Position numbers and translations under genes: made by a program. 64,000 bases of DNA from Octopus sinensis (lineage: Eukaryota): positions 127,100,001 to 127,164,000 of the forward strand of contig NC_042999.1 in NCBI RefSeq assembly GCF_006345805.1, written 5' to 3'. Shown here piece by piece: positions 13,965-26,682 of this stretch; position 1 is the first letter of the stretch, and each line of letters begins with the position of its first letter. The notes under the pieces were generated by a model. That model was not told the DNA's origin, did no database searches, and saw nothing but the letters and a program-made list of their open reading frames with translations.

Positions 13965-14267
13965 ATGTGTGCGCATATGTGTGTGTGTGCATGTTTGTGT
14001 CTGTGTGTGTCTGTGTGTGTGTGTGTTTCTCTTTGTTTTGGTATTGCATTCTGGTTGTGAGTGTCACCATCATGCAAGCAGTGTCTTTCATTTCCAGTCT
14101 TCCATGAAAACATGTCTGGCCAAGAGGAAATATTATTTTTTTCAGAGACAGAGGAAGGTTGGTTACAAGAAGGGTGTCTGACCAAAGAAAATCTGCTTCG
14201 AGAATTCTATCTGAAGACTGCAAACAATAAAAAGTGGATGTTAAAATGATGACAACTAATTCTTTTT

Positions 14268-14668
14268 CTTTTATTCTTTTATTTGTTTCACTCATTTGAC
14301 CGCGACCATGCTGGAGCACCACCTTTAGTTGAACAAATCAACCTCCAAGACTTATTCTTTGTAAGCTTAGTGCTTATTCTATCGGTCTCTTTTGCCGAAG
14401 CGCTAAGTTACACAAACATAAACACACGAGCATCGGTTGTCAAGCAATGTTAGGGGTACAAACATAGACACACACACATTTATATATGACTGGTTTCTCT
14501 AAATTTCTGTCTACCAAATCCACTCACAAGGCTATAGTAGAAGACACTTGCCCAAGGTGCTCACGAGGCTATAGTAGAAGACACTTGCCCAAGGTGCTAC
14601 ACAGTGGGACTGAACCAGGAGCCTTATGGTAGGTAAGCAATCTACTTACCACAGCCACCCCTGCACCT
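14268..14668 (-). mobile_element. CORE-like SINE family B with a 37-bp internal tandem duplication
   Basis: Reverse complement of the 32776-33180 family; ctcacaaggctatagtagaagacacttgcccaaggtg occurs twice at about 14523-14596. Confidence 0.8.
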
Positions 14669-14729
14669 AATGATTATTATGATAACAACAACAACAACAA
14701 CAACAACAATAATGGTGATGATGATAATA

Positions 14730-14939
14730 ATCCTTTCTACTATAGGTACAAGGCCTGAAACTTATGGGTGAAGGCTAACCAATTACATCAACTCCAGTAT
14801 TCAACTGGTGCTTATTTCATCAGCCCCAAAAGGATGAAAGGCAAAGTCAATCTCAGAGGAATTTGAACTCAGAACGTTAAGATGGACAAAATACCACTAA
14901 GCATTTCATTCGCTAACAATTCTGCCAGTTCCCTGCCTA

Positions 14940-14940
<1 letters not shown>
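14730..14940 (-). mobile_element. SINE family C
   Basis: aggatgaaaggcaaagtcaa...atttgaactcagaacg, matching 43055-43287. Confidence 0.8.
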
Positions 14941-14982
<42 letters not shown>

Positions 14983-14983
14983 G

Positions 14984-15519
14984 TACCAGGCAGTGGCTCT
15001 CATGGCTTCTGATCTTAACTGATTGGAAGTGTTATCATGTACATTGTTTTGTCTTGGTATAAAAGATGGGCTACAGCAAATATTCTGCTCAATACCACAG
15101 ATTTGCTTGTCAGTTGTTTGACCTTAACCAGTTGAGCATGTCCCTTAGTGGCTGACGATATGTGCATCTCTGATCACGATCAGAAGTAGTGGGGTGAGCA
15201 TCATAGCCATGTGTTGAGAAGGATTCTTTGGGGTTTGAATAATTCACATCTGGAAACATGGGTGTTTCGTTCAACGTCCTTAAACAACCCTTATTCAGGG
15301 ACCTTTTGAGCGGGATGGGTTACTCGATCTGAAGAAAATTCTAACTGGGCTCCACCTGCAAGGTCATGTTTATCTTGATATGAGATCACCATGTCGCACA
15401 TATGGTTGTGATGCATGTGCCTGGTGTACCCTTATCAGATGGGTAGTCATGATGGGTATACTGGGCTTCGTATATTTTACCCCAGTATCACTTTGATGGC
15501 ATGCTCTGCTCGCTCACTC

Positions 15520-15520
<1 letters not shown>
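14984..15520 (+). mobile_element. Non-coding interspersed repeat bounded by (TAA)n
   Basis: Inverted copy at 37411-37640 and partial copy at 34973-35140; flanked by AAT arrays; no ORF. Confidence 0.7.
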
Positions 15521-15550
<30 letters not shown>

Positions 15551-15566
15551 TAATAATAATAATAAC

Positions 15567-15603
<37 letters not shown>

Positions 15604-15618
15604 TAATAATAATAATAA

Positions 15619-15649
<31 letters not shown>

Positions 15650-15710
15650 AAGAAGAAGAAGAATAACAACTACAACAACAACAACGACAACGACAATGAC
15701 AACGATAATG

Positions 15711-15749
<39 letters not shown>

Positions 15750-15780
15750 TAATAATAATAATAATAATAATAATAGAATA

Positions 15781-15859
<79 letters not shown>

Positions 15860-15921
15860 GATGATGATGATGATGATGGTGATGGTGATGGTGATGGTGA
15901 TGGTGATGGTGATGGTGATGG

Positions 15922-15981
<60 letters not shown>
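15521..15981. repeat. Compound trinucleotide array (AAT)n-(AGA)n-(ACA/ACG)n-(AAT)n-(GAT)n-(GGTGAT)n
   Basis: Directly visible. Confidence 0.95.
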
Positions 15982-15983
<2 letters not shown>

Positions 15984-16768
15984 GAGAAGCTCAGGACTCA
16001 AAGCAGAAACAGAGGGATTTTTAATTGCAGCACAAGACCAGAGCCTCCCCACCAGAAATTACCAAAAACATGTAATGAAAAGAAATATTACAAGTAACTG
16101 CAGAATATGTGGAGATGGACAAGAAACAATAAATCATATTATCTCTAGCTGCCCAGTCCTGGCTAAGAAGGAATATATTCACAGACATGACAGAGTTGGA
16201 ACCTACATACATTGGAAGCTATGCCAACATTATGGAATAACAACAGAAAAAAGATGGTATAGGCACACACCAGAAAAGGTCACAGAAAACGAGAAAGCAA
16301 CCATACTCTGGGATATGCCGATACACACAGATAGAGAAATTAAGGCCAACAGACCAGATATAGTTGTCAGAGATCATGAAGAAAAAAAATGCTTTCTAAT
16401 TGATGTATCAATACCGGCAGATGACAACGTGTCTCTAAAAGAAATGGAGAAACTCTCAAAATACAAAGACCTGGAAATAGAGGTAACTAGAATGTGGAAT
16501 CTGAAAACAGAAACAATTCCTATCATAGTAGGTGCATTAGGCATGATAAAAAAATATTCAGACAAATACATAACAAAAACACCAGGACTTACAAACACAT
16601 ATAACATACAGAAAATTGCACTACTAGGCACTGCACACATCCTACGCAGAACACTTTCCATTCAATAACTGTCAGAGCATCACAACAAATCACAGCACAT
16701 ACCCAAGGCACACAGAGCTGCGCTCGGTAGTGAAGTGAAAGCACGCTATAAAAATAAAACTACTGAAC
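15982..16768 (+). mobile_element. R4/Dong-clade non-LTR retrotransposon, 5'-truncated 3' end (CCHC plus restriction-like endonuclease and 3' UTR)
   Basis: ORF 15982-16668: CRIC...ETINHIISSC, RHD, NRPDIVV...LIDVSIP...EKLSKY. The frame is uninterrupted and the 3' UTR is followed by (AAT)n. Confidence 0.9.
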
Positions 16769-16793
16769 AATAATAATAATAATAATAATAATA

Positions 16794-16857
<64 letters not shown>

Positions 16858-17229
16858 TTACTTATAATAGTAAGATTAAGAAAGAGGGAATTGTTTGTCA
16901 TGCAATTTATGGATTTGAAGTATCTATCCACAACTTGTGTAGCAAAAAGGGATTAAACTCCTTTCTAAACAGCTTGAACATACATGAAGAAAATCTCCTT
17001 GAGAATAATACAACCTTTTCTTTTAGATACATACTCAAAAACAAATATTCCCTATAGTTATTATCAACAACAACAACAATGATTCACTTAAAGGAATGTG
17101 GTTTCTTCTTGTTCAGCAACTAGTTTTTGGTAAAAACTAATAAACAATAAGCAAGAATATGATGAATTACTAACACATGAAAATAAACTATCTTAGAATT
17201 TGGTATTGCTGATGTCATTTTAGTAAAGA

Positions 17230-17621
17230 CTAGCAGTATCACCCAGCGTTGCTCAGGTTTGTTTCGACCCTTTAGAATTGTCATTTTTAAAAAGTAAAAA
17301 TTTTGCATTATGTAGCTTGTTATTCTCTTTAAGTGAACATTTTTCTGGTTTAAATACACTGAAAAATGGCGACACAGGAGACAAAAAGTCGTAAAAAATA
17401 GGGATTTTCATAGAAAAAAAGCACCTTTTTGATGTAAATAATTTTTGGTCTTAACATGGTCCGATTTGAATTTTTTCTTCTATGGAAGAAAGAGCAAGCC
17501 TTCTTCTATCATACTCTCAATTTTGGTCAACTTGCGCCGCAGGGTCTTGGAGGAGATAGTGTTAGTTGAAGGCTACCAAACCTGCCATACACAGACAACG
17601 TCAGCTTTATATAGAGAGAGA
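17230..17621 (-). mobile_element. Non-autonomous Helitron (Lep1/HINE-like)
   Basis: Minus strand begins TC (17621-17620) and ends CTAG (17233-17230), preceded by the subterminal hairpin cctgagcaacgctggg. Inserted between host A and T with no TSD. Confidence 0.75.
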
Positions 17622-18064
17622 TTAGCTGAAAATTGTACAGCTGTCCACACAAATGCTGCCTTGCTGTAGATATTTTTCTGACCAACAACATTAGTTTGAT
17701 GTTTATAAAACTAATAGTGCCTGTTGAATTGCATCTCACACATACACTATAAATTTGTGTTGCAAAATACCTACTTATCTATGTTGTAAGCATGCTGTGT
17801 GTGTGCATGCCTGCATGTGTGTGTGTGTATGTGTCTGCGCATGTGCATGCAAGTGTGTGTGCATGCCTGCATGTGTATGTGTATGTGTGTGCGCATGTGT
17901 GTGTGTGTGTATGTGTGTTTTAAGCATGCTACATTTTTGCATGTTACAAATTTATTACATATATCTGTGTTTGAAAATGTGTATATAGATAGTATGTAAA
18001 TGTGTATATAGAGCAAGAAAGTAAGATAGACATAAATGGGTTTTGTGAGTGGGTGTATACGTAC

Positions 18065-18587
18065 AATATTGTTTTAAGAAGATGAAGATCTTGTTTTGTG
18101 TGTGATGTTGCTTGTTTACTGGGCCTAAGCCACTCATTACACTGCTTCATATTGATGTAAAGGCACCATTCTTCATCACCAGTAATGATTCGGTAAAGAA
18201 ATTGTTGCTTGTGTCCATGAGTTGAGTGGTGATGAGCAAGCAAACCAGCGGAGATTCTGGCTCTGTGATTTTTGTTATCACTTAAAGCATGCGGAACCCA
18301 TACTCCATACTTCCAAACCTTTCCCATCGAGTGAAGATGCTTCTCTATAGCAGTGTGGGAGCATTCCATTTTCTCTGCCAATTCCCTTATTTGACGAGAA
18401 TTTTCATGCAAAATTTGGTTTAATTGCTCTTCATCAAACTCAACTAGACAGCCAGAATAAGGTGCATTTTGAGGTCAAAATTTCCATTTTTGAACTTAGC
18501 ATACCAATCATGAGCAGTTCCTTCAGCTATGGCACCCTCTCCATACACAGCACAAATGTTGCAAGCAGCTTTTGCAGCCTTTGAACC
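18065..18587 (-). mobile_element. mariner transposase remnant (N-terminal half)
   Basis: ORF 17944-18411: HLHSMGKVWKYGVWVPHALS...FLYRIITGDEEWCLY (WVPHxL and TGDE motifs). Confidence 0.8.
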
Positions 18588-18913
18588 TTGGTCTGTAGAA
18601 AAGACGTAGATAGAAACTCCATAAGATGTACCCAGTGTAAGCTATGGAAACATAAGAGGTGCAGCAATATCAAAGGAAGGCTAACTGGGAAAATAGTTTT
18701 TGTATGTGGCAAATGCTCAGGAGCAATAAACACTGAAAATGTGCAGAGAAAAGCTTCTGTCACATTCCAGGGAGAAAAACTACAAATAGTTGATAGATTC
18801 TGTTACCTAGGTGACCTAGTCAGCAGCAGGGGTGGATGCTCTGAAGGTGTAGCCGCTAGAATAAGAATAGCCTGGACAAAGTTCAGAGAGCTCTTACCTC
18901 TGTTGGTGACAAA
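18588..18913 (+). mobile_element. RTE LINE fragment (PHD-like insert region)
   Basis: CRKDVDRNSIRCTQCKLWKHKRCS...FCYLGD, closely similar to 53430-53750. Confidence 0.85.
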
Positions 18914-19544
18914 GAGGGTTAAGCAACCAAATGAAGACTCCCACATTGGTTTGATTGCTTACATAGTTTCTTATTGTTCTGTATGTGTTGATTCTCTGTT
19001 AGTCATATTTAAATAATGTACTACATATTATATATTTCCTTTAAAATGTCTCACTTATGTTATTTCTGTACACTGAACGTGGCATTTTCAGTTTGTTGAG
19101 ATTTGCATGTTTCAACTACCAGACATTAATCTCTTCTAAGTTTGCCTTCAATGACTTAATTCAAGTCCTTAGTATCCAGTGTATGTATAGTTAAGTGTTA
19201 CTTTCATAGACACAATACAATGAGCTTAAGACCTTTATACTGTTCCTTATTCTCCTAATAATTAAAATATTCGTGCATGTGTGAGTGAGTCAGTGTGTTG
19301 AATGTAGTGTAGTATTATTATCTTTTATTTTTTTATCTGTTTCAGTCATTAGACTGTGGTCATGCTGGGGCACCACCATAAAATTTTAGTTTAATGAATT
19401 GATCTCAGTACTTAATATTTTTAACCCTGGAACTTATTCTATAGGTCTTTTTTGCTGAACTGCTAAGTTACGGGAAAGTAAGCACACCAACACTGGTTGT
19501 CAAACTGTGGTCAGTGGTGGGACACAAACACAGACAGACAGACA

Positions 19545-19671
<127 letters not shown>

Positions 19672-19682
19672 ACTCACACATA

Positions 19683-20874
19683 CAGGGTGCATAAGATATT
19701 TGAGGATAGATTTCTGTTTATAAAAGAAACAGATATATAATAACAGATAATAACTTTATTTATCAAAAAATGCTATAAGGATAAAAATAAACCTTCTTTT
19801 TATAATGTTATTCAATAAAGCCACCTTCAACTTCAACACCTGCTTCTATATGAGATCTAAATCATCTACATGCTTGAATCAAGTGGTCCTGGTTCTCTCT
19901 CAACAACGCTCTACATGTAATAGTCCAATGGATTGAGATCTGGGGAATTAAGAGGCCAAATGTTAGGGGCTATGTGATCATGTAAATTTTCAGCCATCCA
20001 TTCCTGTGTTACTAGAGCCATGTCTGATAGTACAGAGTCTTACTGAAACACATATGGCCTTCCATTGCATACACTGTCTATCTAGGGTTTAACAATTATT
20101 TCCAGGACCTCAATGTAGGCAACAGAGTTAACTGTAAGGCCTTGTGGAAAGAAGTAAGGTGGCATCACATGTCCTTCATTGCTGACAACCCCTAAAACCA
20201 TGACAGTTGCAGGAAATTTTGTATGCATAACACTTGGAACTTCAGAAGGGTCTGCATATAACCATCTGTCATTTCTTCTCTTAACTTTTTGATCTTGGTT
20301 AAAGTTTTTCTCGTTTGAGAAAAACCAAATCAAATCTTCTTCTGCTGGATTTTTCAGTATGTTTAAGAGCCTTTTATATCTGATGTAGTGATTTTCTTTC
20401 GGTTTTTCTGACAAATTGACCATTCCTCATCATATAAGACTTATATCTGATGTCTTCGTGGACAGCATTTCTGATTGTTCCTTCTGATACATGGAAATCT
20501 TTTGCAGTTGACCTCATGGACTTTCTGGGATTGTAATCAATGGTCTGTTGAACTTGCTGGATAAATTCAGGTGTTCTGATGATTTCAGAGCATTTAGAAT
20601 GATTTTTATGCTTTGATATAGGTGATATGTCTCCATATTCAGTCTCAAGCTCCTTACAAACCTTCCAGATGAAAGATCTGGCAACTTTTAAAAATCAAGA
20701 TATTTCTAAATCGCTATGCTCAGCTTTTATAGCCACAATAACAGCATGCCTCTTCATTTCTTGAGTAAGCTGAGTCTGCCATTATTATTTTCTGAAACAA
20801 AGATTATACAGAATTAGCAAAAAATGCAGCAATGATCCAAAAAAGGTATGTCCTCAAATACCTTACACACCCTG
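19683..20874 (-). mobile_element. Full-length but decayed maT (DD37D) transposon
   Basis: TIRs cagggtgcataagatatttgagga / tcctcaaataccttacacaccctg with TA on both sides; FFSNEKNF; FQ*D-x37-D (WPLNSPDLNPLD), spacing counted by hand. Confidence 0.85.
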
Positions 20875-21419
20875 TATGTATGTATGTATGTATGTATGTA
20901 TGTATGTATGTATGTATGTATGTATGTATGTATGTATGCATGTACGTATATATACACACACACACACATATATATAAATATATACACACACATGTATGTA
21001 TGTATATTGAATATAATGGTTGTTGCATCTTTTTTCCTGTAGCAAAATAATTTGACTACATGTCCTGTGAAGTAAAATGCTTACAGACAAAAGAGATAAG
21101 GAATTCTTCTAGTTTATATTTTGGCAACACTGTTATCTTAGAATGTTATTCTATCTTCATAAAGGGTGAGACATGTCTATGCTAAAAAAAATGTAACTGA
21201 ATGGGAGGTTTTGTTAATGTATATTTTATACTTTTAATTCTGTATTTCCAGTGATTAATTTTGGTCCATTTATTTCATAATTTACGTTTTTTATTTTTAT
21301 TTCCATTAATATATTTTATTTTTTATGACTTGTATCTATTTGAATCTATGTGTTGCTGTTTCCAAGAGAATGCTAAAACTAGAATATAAGTATAAAACAA
21401 TCCAGTAGTTCTCTTAAAG

Positions 21420-21562
21420 CCACTCACCTGATGATGTGTGAGTATGCAGCTATTGCTAGACTATATTTATATAATATTTATATAATAGTATGTATAATAT
21501 GTGAAACATTCAGAAGCAACTAACAGCTGTTGCTAATGCACAGAAACAATTGTTGTGAATGG
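21420..21562 (+). ncRNA. Type I hammerhead ribozyme motif with a long stem II insert
   Basis: ccactcac-CTGATGA(21428)-tgtg...caca-GAAAC(21543)-aatt-GTT-gtgaatgg. Stems I, II and III pair and stem III is palindromic. Confidence 0.6.
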
Positions 21563-22299
21563 ATTAAAGCCTGTTCATTCTATTTTCTTGAACTAGAAAT
21601 ATTTTGTTGCATGAATTCTGCATATACTAACGGATTTCCACATGTACATCCACTAAAAGCAATTATCTTGCTGTATGATAACACATAGTAGCCAATACTA
21701 TTTTGAGAAGCTTCAAAATACACATTATGTGGTTATTACCCAGATGATATTACACACACACACACACGTGCACACACACACATACACACACACACACAGA
21801 CACACACTTACACATACACATACACACACAATAGACTTCTTTCAGTTTTCATCGCCCAAATTCTCTCACTGGACTTTGGTTAGCCTGAGGCTATAAAAGA
21901 AGACACTTGCCCAAGGTGCCACATAGTGGAACTGAACCTGAAACCAAGTGGTTGAGGAGCAAACCTCTTGCCACACAGCTATGCTTTGTTTTGACATTGC
22001 ATGATAGTTGTAAATGAGTCTCTCAATCACACAAGCAGTGTCATTCATTTCAAACCCACTCTAAAAACATGTCCAGCATTGGGAAAATATTACCTTGCTT
22101 AGAGATGGATAAGAATTGATGATAGAAAGGGTATCTGACTGTAGAAAATCTGCCTCAACAAATTCTTTCAGACTCATGCAAACATTGAAAAGAGGATATT
22201 ACACAATGATGATGATGATGATGATGTGGTTGTTGTTTTTCATCATCATCATCATCATCATCATCATTACTATTATTATTATCATTCTTATTATTATCA

Positions 22300-22510
22300 T
22301 CAAAGTGGCAAGCTGGCAGGCTCATTAGTACACTGGGCAAAATGCTCAGTGGTATTTCAGCCATTGCTACGTTCTGAGTTCAAATTCTGCCGAGGTTGAC
22401 GTTGCCTTTCAACTTTGCGGGGTCGATAAATTAAGTACCAGTTGAGTACTGGGATCGAATGTCTCCCACACCACAAAATCCAAGCTTTGTGCCCATAGTA
22501 GAAAGGATCA
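22300..22510 (+). mobile_element. SINE family C
   Basis: ggcaagctggcagg...gttctgagttcaaattctgccgaggttgacgttgcctttc...ggggtcgataaattaagtaccag. Confidence 0.8.
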
Positions 22511-22539
22511 TTATTATTATCACTATTATTTTTATCATT

Positions 22540-23705
22540 AGTCTGTGCCAGCATCCTCTGGATAGTGGATTAGGTATGCAATGGATCTTAACGTGCAGAC
22601 ATGCACTTAGGTTACACTGCAATGATTTGGGGATAGTGAGTGTGTGTGGGCTCTACTTGTGAGGCTCATCTCCTTGATAAAGCTGCAGTCCTGGGTGAAG
22701 AAAAGACTGAGACTGGACACCTGCCACCTAGAATGTCATCAGGCACTCATAGCCCTCTATCAGTTGGGTAATGGGATAGGTGGATGTTCTGCTTTAGAAA
22801 TTTATAGAGAATTATTGACAAGTGCAACGATATTCTCAGGGAGACTCTGGGTGCCAATAAGAATGAACTGGCTAGTCTGTTCTGGAGGACTTTCTGGTTG
22901 GGATCTACCATGGTTAATTTCGAAATGTCCTTGGCCTGGCAGTGCTACTGGTTCGAGATAAACTCTACAGACATGGATGTATTATCAGACAGGTTTGTCC
23001 AAGGTGCATGCAGAGTGATGAAACCATTCTGCATGCTCTTGTCCAGTGTTCCAGGAATTGCTAACATGTGGGGTTATGTTGAACAGCTGCTGTTATGTGT
23101 GCCAAGTCTGTAGTGATGATTGCACTGCCACCCTCCTTCATTCAGGCAGGCACGGCAGTTTTCCTTTGCCTGGTGACTGTGGTGAAAGGGGTTGTTTGGT
23201 GGACAAAGCTGAAAAGCATGAAGATAGATACATTCCTCTTTGGTAGAACTTTCATTGTCTTCTTCAAGTTTCATTTGAGAAGGAAACTGAGAGTTGAGAG
23301 GAAAAGGAAACTGTCCTCGAGTGAGTTTACTGAAAGGTGGGTGAAAGTTGTGAAAATGGCAAGAGTGGATGGTACCTTTCTAAGTGTAGACCTATGAGTC
23401 AGAGAGAAAGAATTGGAGAAAGGACTTGTTCCTGGGGTTTTGGGGAAATCCCCAGGAACAAGTGTGTCCTTGATTATCCCTAGAGGTCTTCCTGTATCAG
23501 GAAGGCCACATCTCTATCATCCTCCCCACTACTGTTTTTTTTAAGCCTTTTTATGCTACACATATCTCCCTTCTTTTTCAGTGAATACCATGTATACTTT
23601 CTTTCTTTCTTCCACTTTTTTTTTATCATTTCATTATATGTAAACTCACACACTGTCTGTCTTAGTATTACCCCTTCATTCTTTGCCTTTATGACAAATA
23701 AATGA
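22540..23705 (+). mobile_element. Tx1/L1-clade LINE, decayed 3' end
   Basis: HPLDSGLGM; SLAWQCY; VRDKLYRHGCIIRQVCPRCMQSDETILHALVQC (CCHC zf-RVT); C-terminal FFKFHLRRKLRVER...FTERW, stop 23397; pyrimidine-rich 3' UTR ending aaataaa. Confidence 0.75.
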
Positions 23706-23883
23706 AATCATTATTATTATTATTGTTGTTATCATCATCATCATCATCATTATCGTCGTCATCATCATCATCATCATCATCATCATTATTATTATTTATT
23801 ATTGCCACCTTCATGCCATCCTAGTCATTAGAATACAATTACACCTTTATACTAAGGGCAAATGTCTATATATGTATATCTGA

Positions 23884-23960
<77 letters not shown>

Positions 23961-24789
23961 ATGTGCACGTGTGTGTGTGTATTATGGTAAGTCACAAGGC
24001 ACCTGATGATAATCAGTGAATATACAAATAAAACATTAATATAGTTTAATAGTAAAGAAAACCCAGACTATGCATAGGAATAACACATTAAAAAGAATTT
24101 TTTATACATCTAACACTGATTAAAGTTTTTCAACTTACTATATTACAAATATACATACATATATATATACATACACACACATATGTGTACATATATGTGT
24201 GTGTGTATATATATATGTGTATGTGTGTATATATATATATACACACATATATATATATACACACACACATATATATGTGTGTGTGTGTATGTGTGTGAGT
24301 GTGTGTGTGAGTGTGTGTGTGTATGTGTGTGTGTTTGTGAGTCTGTGTGTATAAAATATCTCAACTGTATTTATATTTAGTAAGCAGAATGCTTCCCTGA
24401 GGTATCTTTTGTCAGTCATATTGTTGCCATTCTTACTCTTAACTGTGTTAACTATGTACAGAACCACAAGTTCTTTTATTTTTCAGTTATTAATATGTGC
24501 AAGCATGGCTGTGTGGTTAAGATGCTTGCTTTGCAACCTTATACTTTTGGGTTCAATTACACAGTGCAGCACCTTGGGCTATTGACTTGTACTTTATCTC
24601 CAGCTGATTGATTGCTTTATGAATGAATTTGGTAGATGGAACCACATGTGAAAACTCCTCATGTATATATTATATATATATATATATAGTTAATCCAAAG
24701 AAGAACAAACAAGAAAAAACAACAATACAAGGACTTGGTACAAGTACTCTGTTATTGGACTCTCAGGAAAAGAAAGAAAAGAAAGAGGA

Positions 24790-24822
24790 TTTTACATTTC
24801 GAGTGGAGCTCTTCATCAGAAA
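24790..24822 (-). ncRNA. Minimal hammerhead motif in a PLE-type repeat remnant (about 24690-24890)
   Basis: Minus strand ttt-CTGATGA-a-gag-ctcca-ctc-GAAA-tgta-aaa; GAAACG probably decayed to GAAATG. Confidence 0.5.
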
Positions 24823-24884
24823 TATAGAAAAAGTCCAAAGAAGGGAAGATGGAGAAAGAAAATCACCAACAATACACATGTGAT

Positions 24885-24924
<40 letters not shown>

Positions 24925-25734
24925 AAAACCTATCCTCCACAGCAGAATTGATACTGGTGCTGGTGCCACATAAAAAGGACCCAGTACACTCTGTGGAGTG
25001 GTTGGTGTTAGAAAGGGCATCTAGCCATAGAAATCATGCCAGAACAGACAATGAAGCTTGGTGTGACCCCTGGCCTTTTCAGCTCTGATCAAACCGTCCA
25101 ACCCATGCCAGCATGGAAAACAGACATTAAATGATGTGAGGATGATGATGATGTTGATGATGATGATGCATGTGTGTGTGTGGATGTGTGTGTTGGAGGG
25201 AGTAGTAGTTGTGTTTATGTGTGTGTCTTCATTACTGTGTTTGTCCCTTACTACTGCTTGACAACTGGTGTTGGTTTGTTTACATCCTCATAACCTAGCA
25301 ATTTGACAAAAGAGGCTGATAGAATAAGTACCAGATTATATTAGAATAAGTACTGGAGTTGATTTGTCTGACCAAAAATATCTTTACTGGACTGCAGTGC
25401 CCCAGTATGACCACATTCCAAATGACTGTCACAAGTAAAAACAATAAAGAGCATGTAAAATTATGGCTTCCTTAGAGACACAACACAATGACTGTAGTAA
25501 AATTTGAACTTATGACTATGCAGTCAAAAATCTGACACTTTCACCTCACTTGCTTCTTTCATTCATGTTTAACACTTTAGGAAGACTGTGTAATTAATTG
25601 AAGCCATCCATTTACAGCTTTCTTGACAATTCACCTTTGGGAACAATCATACTCTCTATCATAATTTTTTGCTATTTTGAAATGAATTATATCAACTCAG
25701 CTAAACACGCCATTTGGATAATATACATACAGAC

Positions 25735-26170
<436 letters not shown>

Positions 26171-26237
26171 TAAATAAAGATATTATAAGTGGCCAGCAAA
26201 CATTAAAGCCAAAAAGGCGAATTTTTTAATTTATAAT

Positions 26238-26670
26238 TAATTATTAATTATAATTCAAGGTACACGAAGTATCATTGATAAAAATAAGAGTTGAAAGATA
26301 CTCAAATTAGCCACCATTTCACTGAAAATACAACAGGCTGACAAAAATCAAAGGACAAGCAAAATTTAAGTTACCATTGCAGCAAATGAGGATCACAGAT
26401 ATCCCTATATTACATGATTTCGAACTTTGAGATATTTCCCTTAGCTCATCAGTAGGGTTAGGTCTCACTGTTAGCCATGGGTTAAATATATGCTCACTTC
26501 GTCATATTTGTGAAGATTGTTGAAAGATTCGTGCCAAATTCATACAATGTCACTGTATAATTATACATAAACAAGTAAAGGTATTATTATTCAGCTTATT
26601 TGAGTATTTTTTGACTCTTATTTCTAGCAATACTGGTACTTTGTGTACCCTCAATCATAATTAATAATTA
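26238..26670 (-). mobile_element. Hammerhead-containing PLE/retrozyme-like remnant with diverged inverted ends
   Basis: Imperfect inverted arms at about 26238-26311 and 26593-26670. Minus-strand cccta-CTGATGA-g...c-GAAAT-catgta-ATA-taggg at 26403-26457. Confidence 0.55.
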
Positions 26671-26682
26671 TGCATATACATA

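Noticed and set aside
15477-16097. Poly-His/Ile/Tyr/Met ORFs
   Set aside because: Translations of trinucleotide microsatellites.
23985-24140. CTGATGA followed by a taatcagtg/cactgatta stem
   Set aside because: No GAAA or stem III after the stem; at best a destroyed hammerhead.
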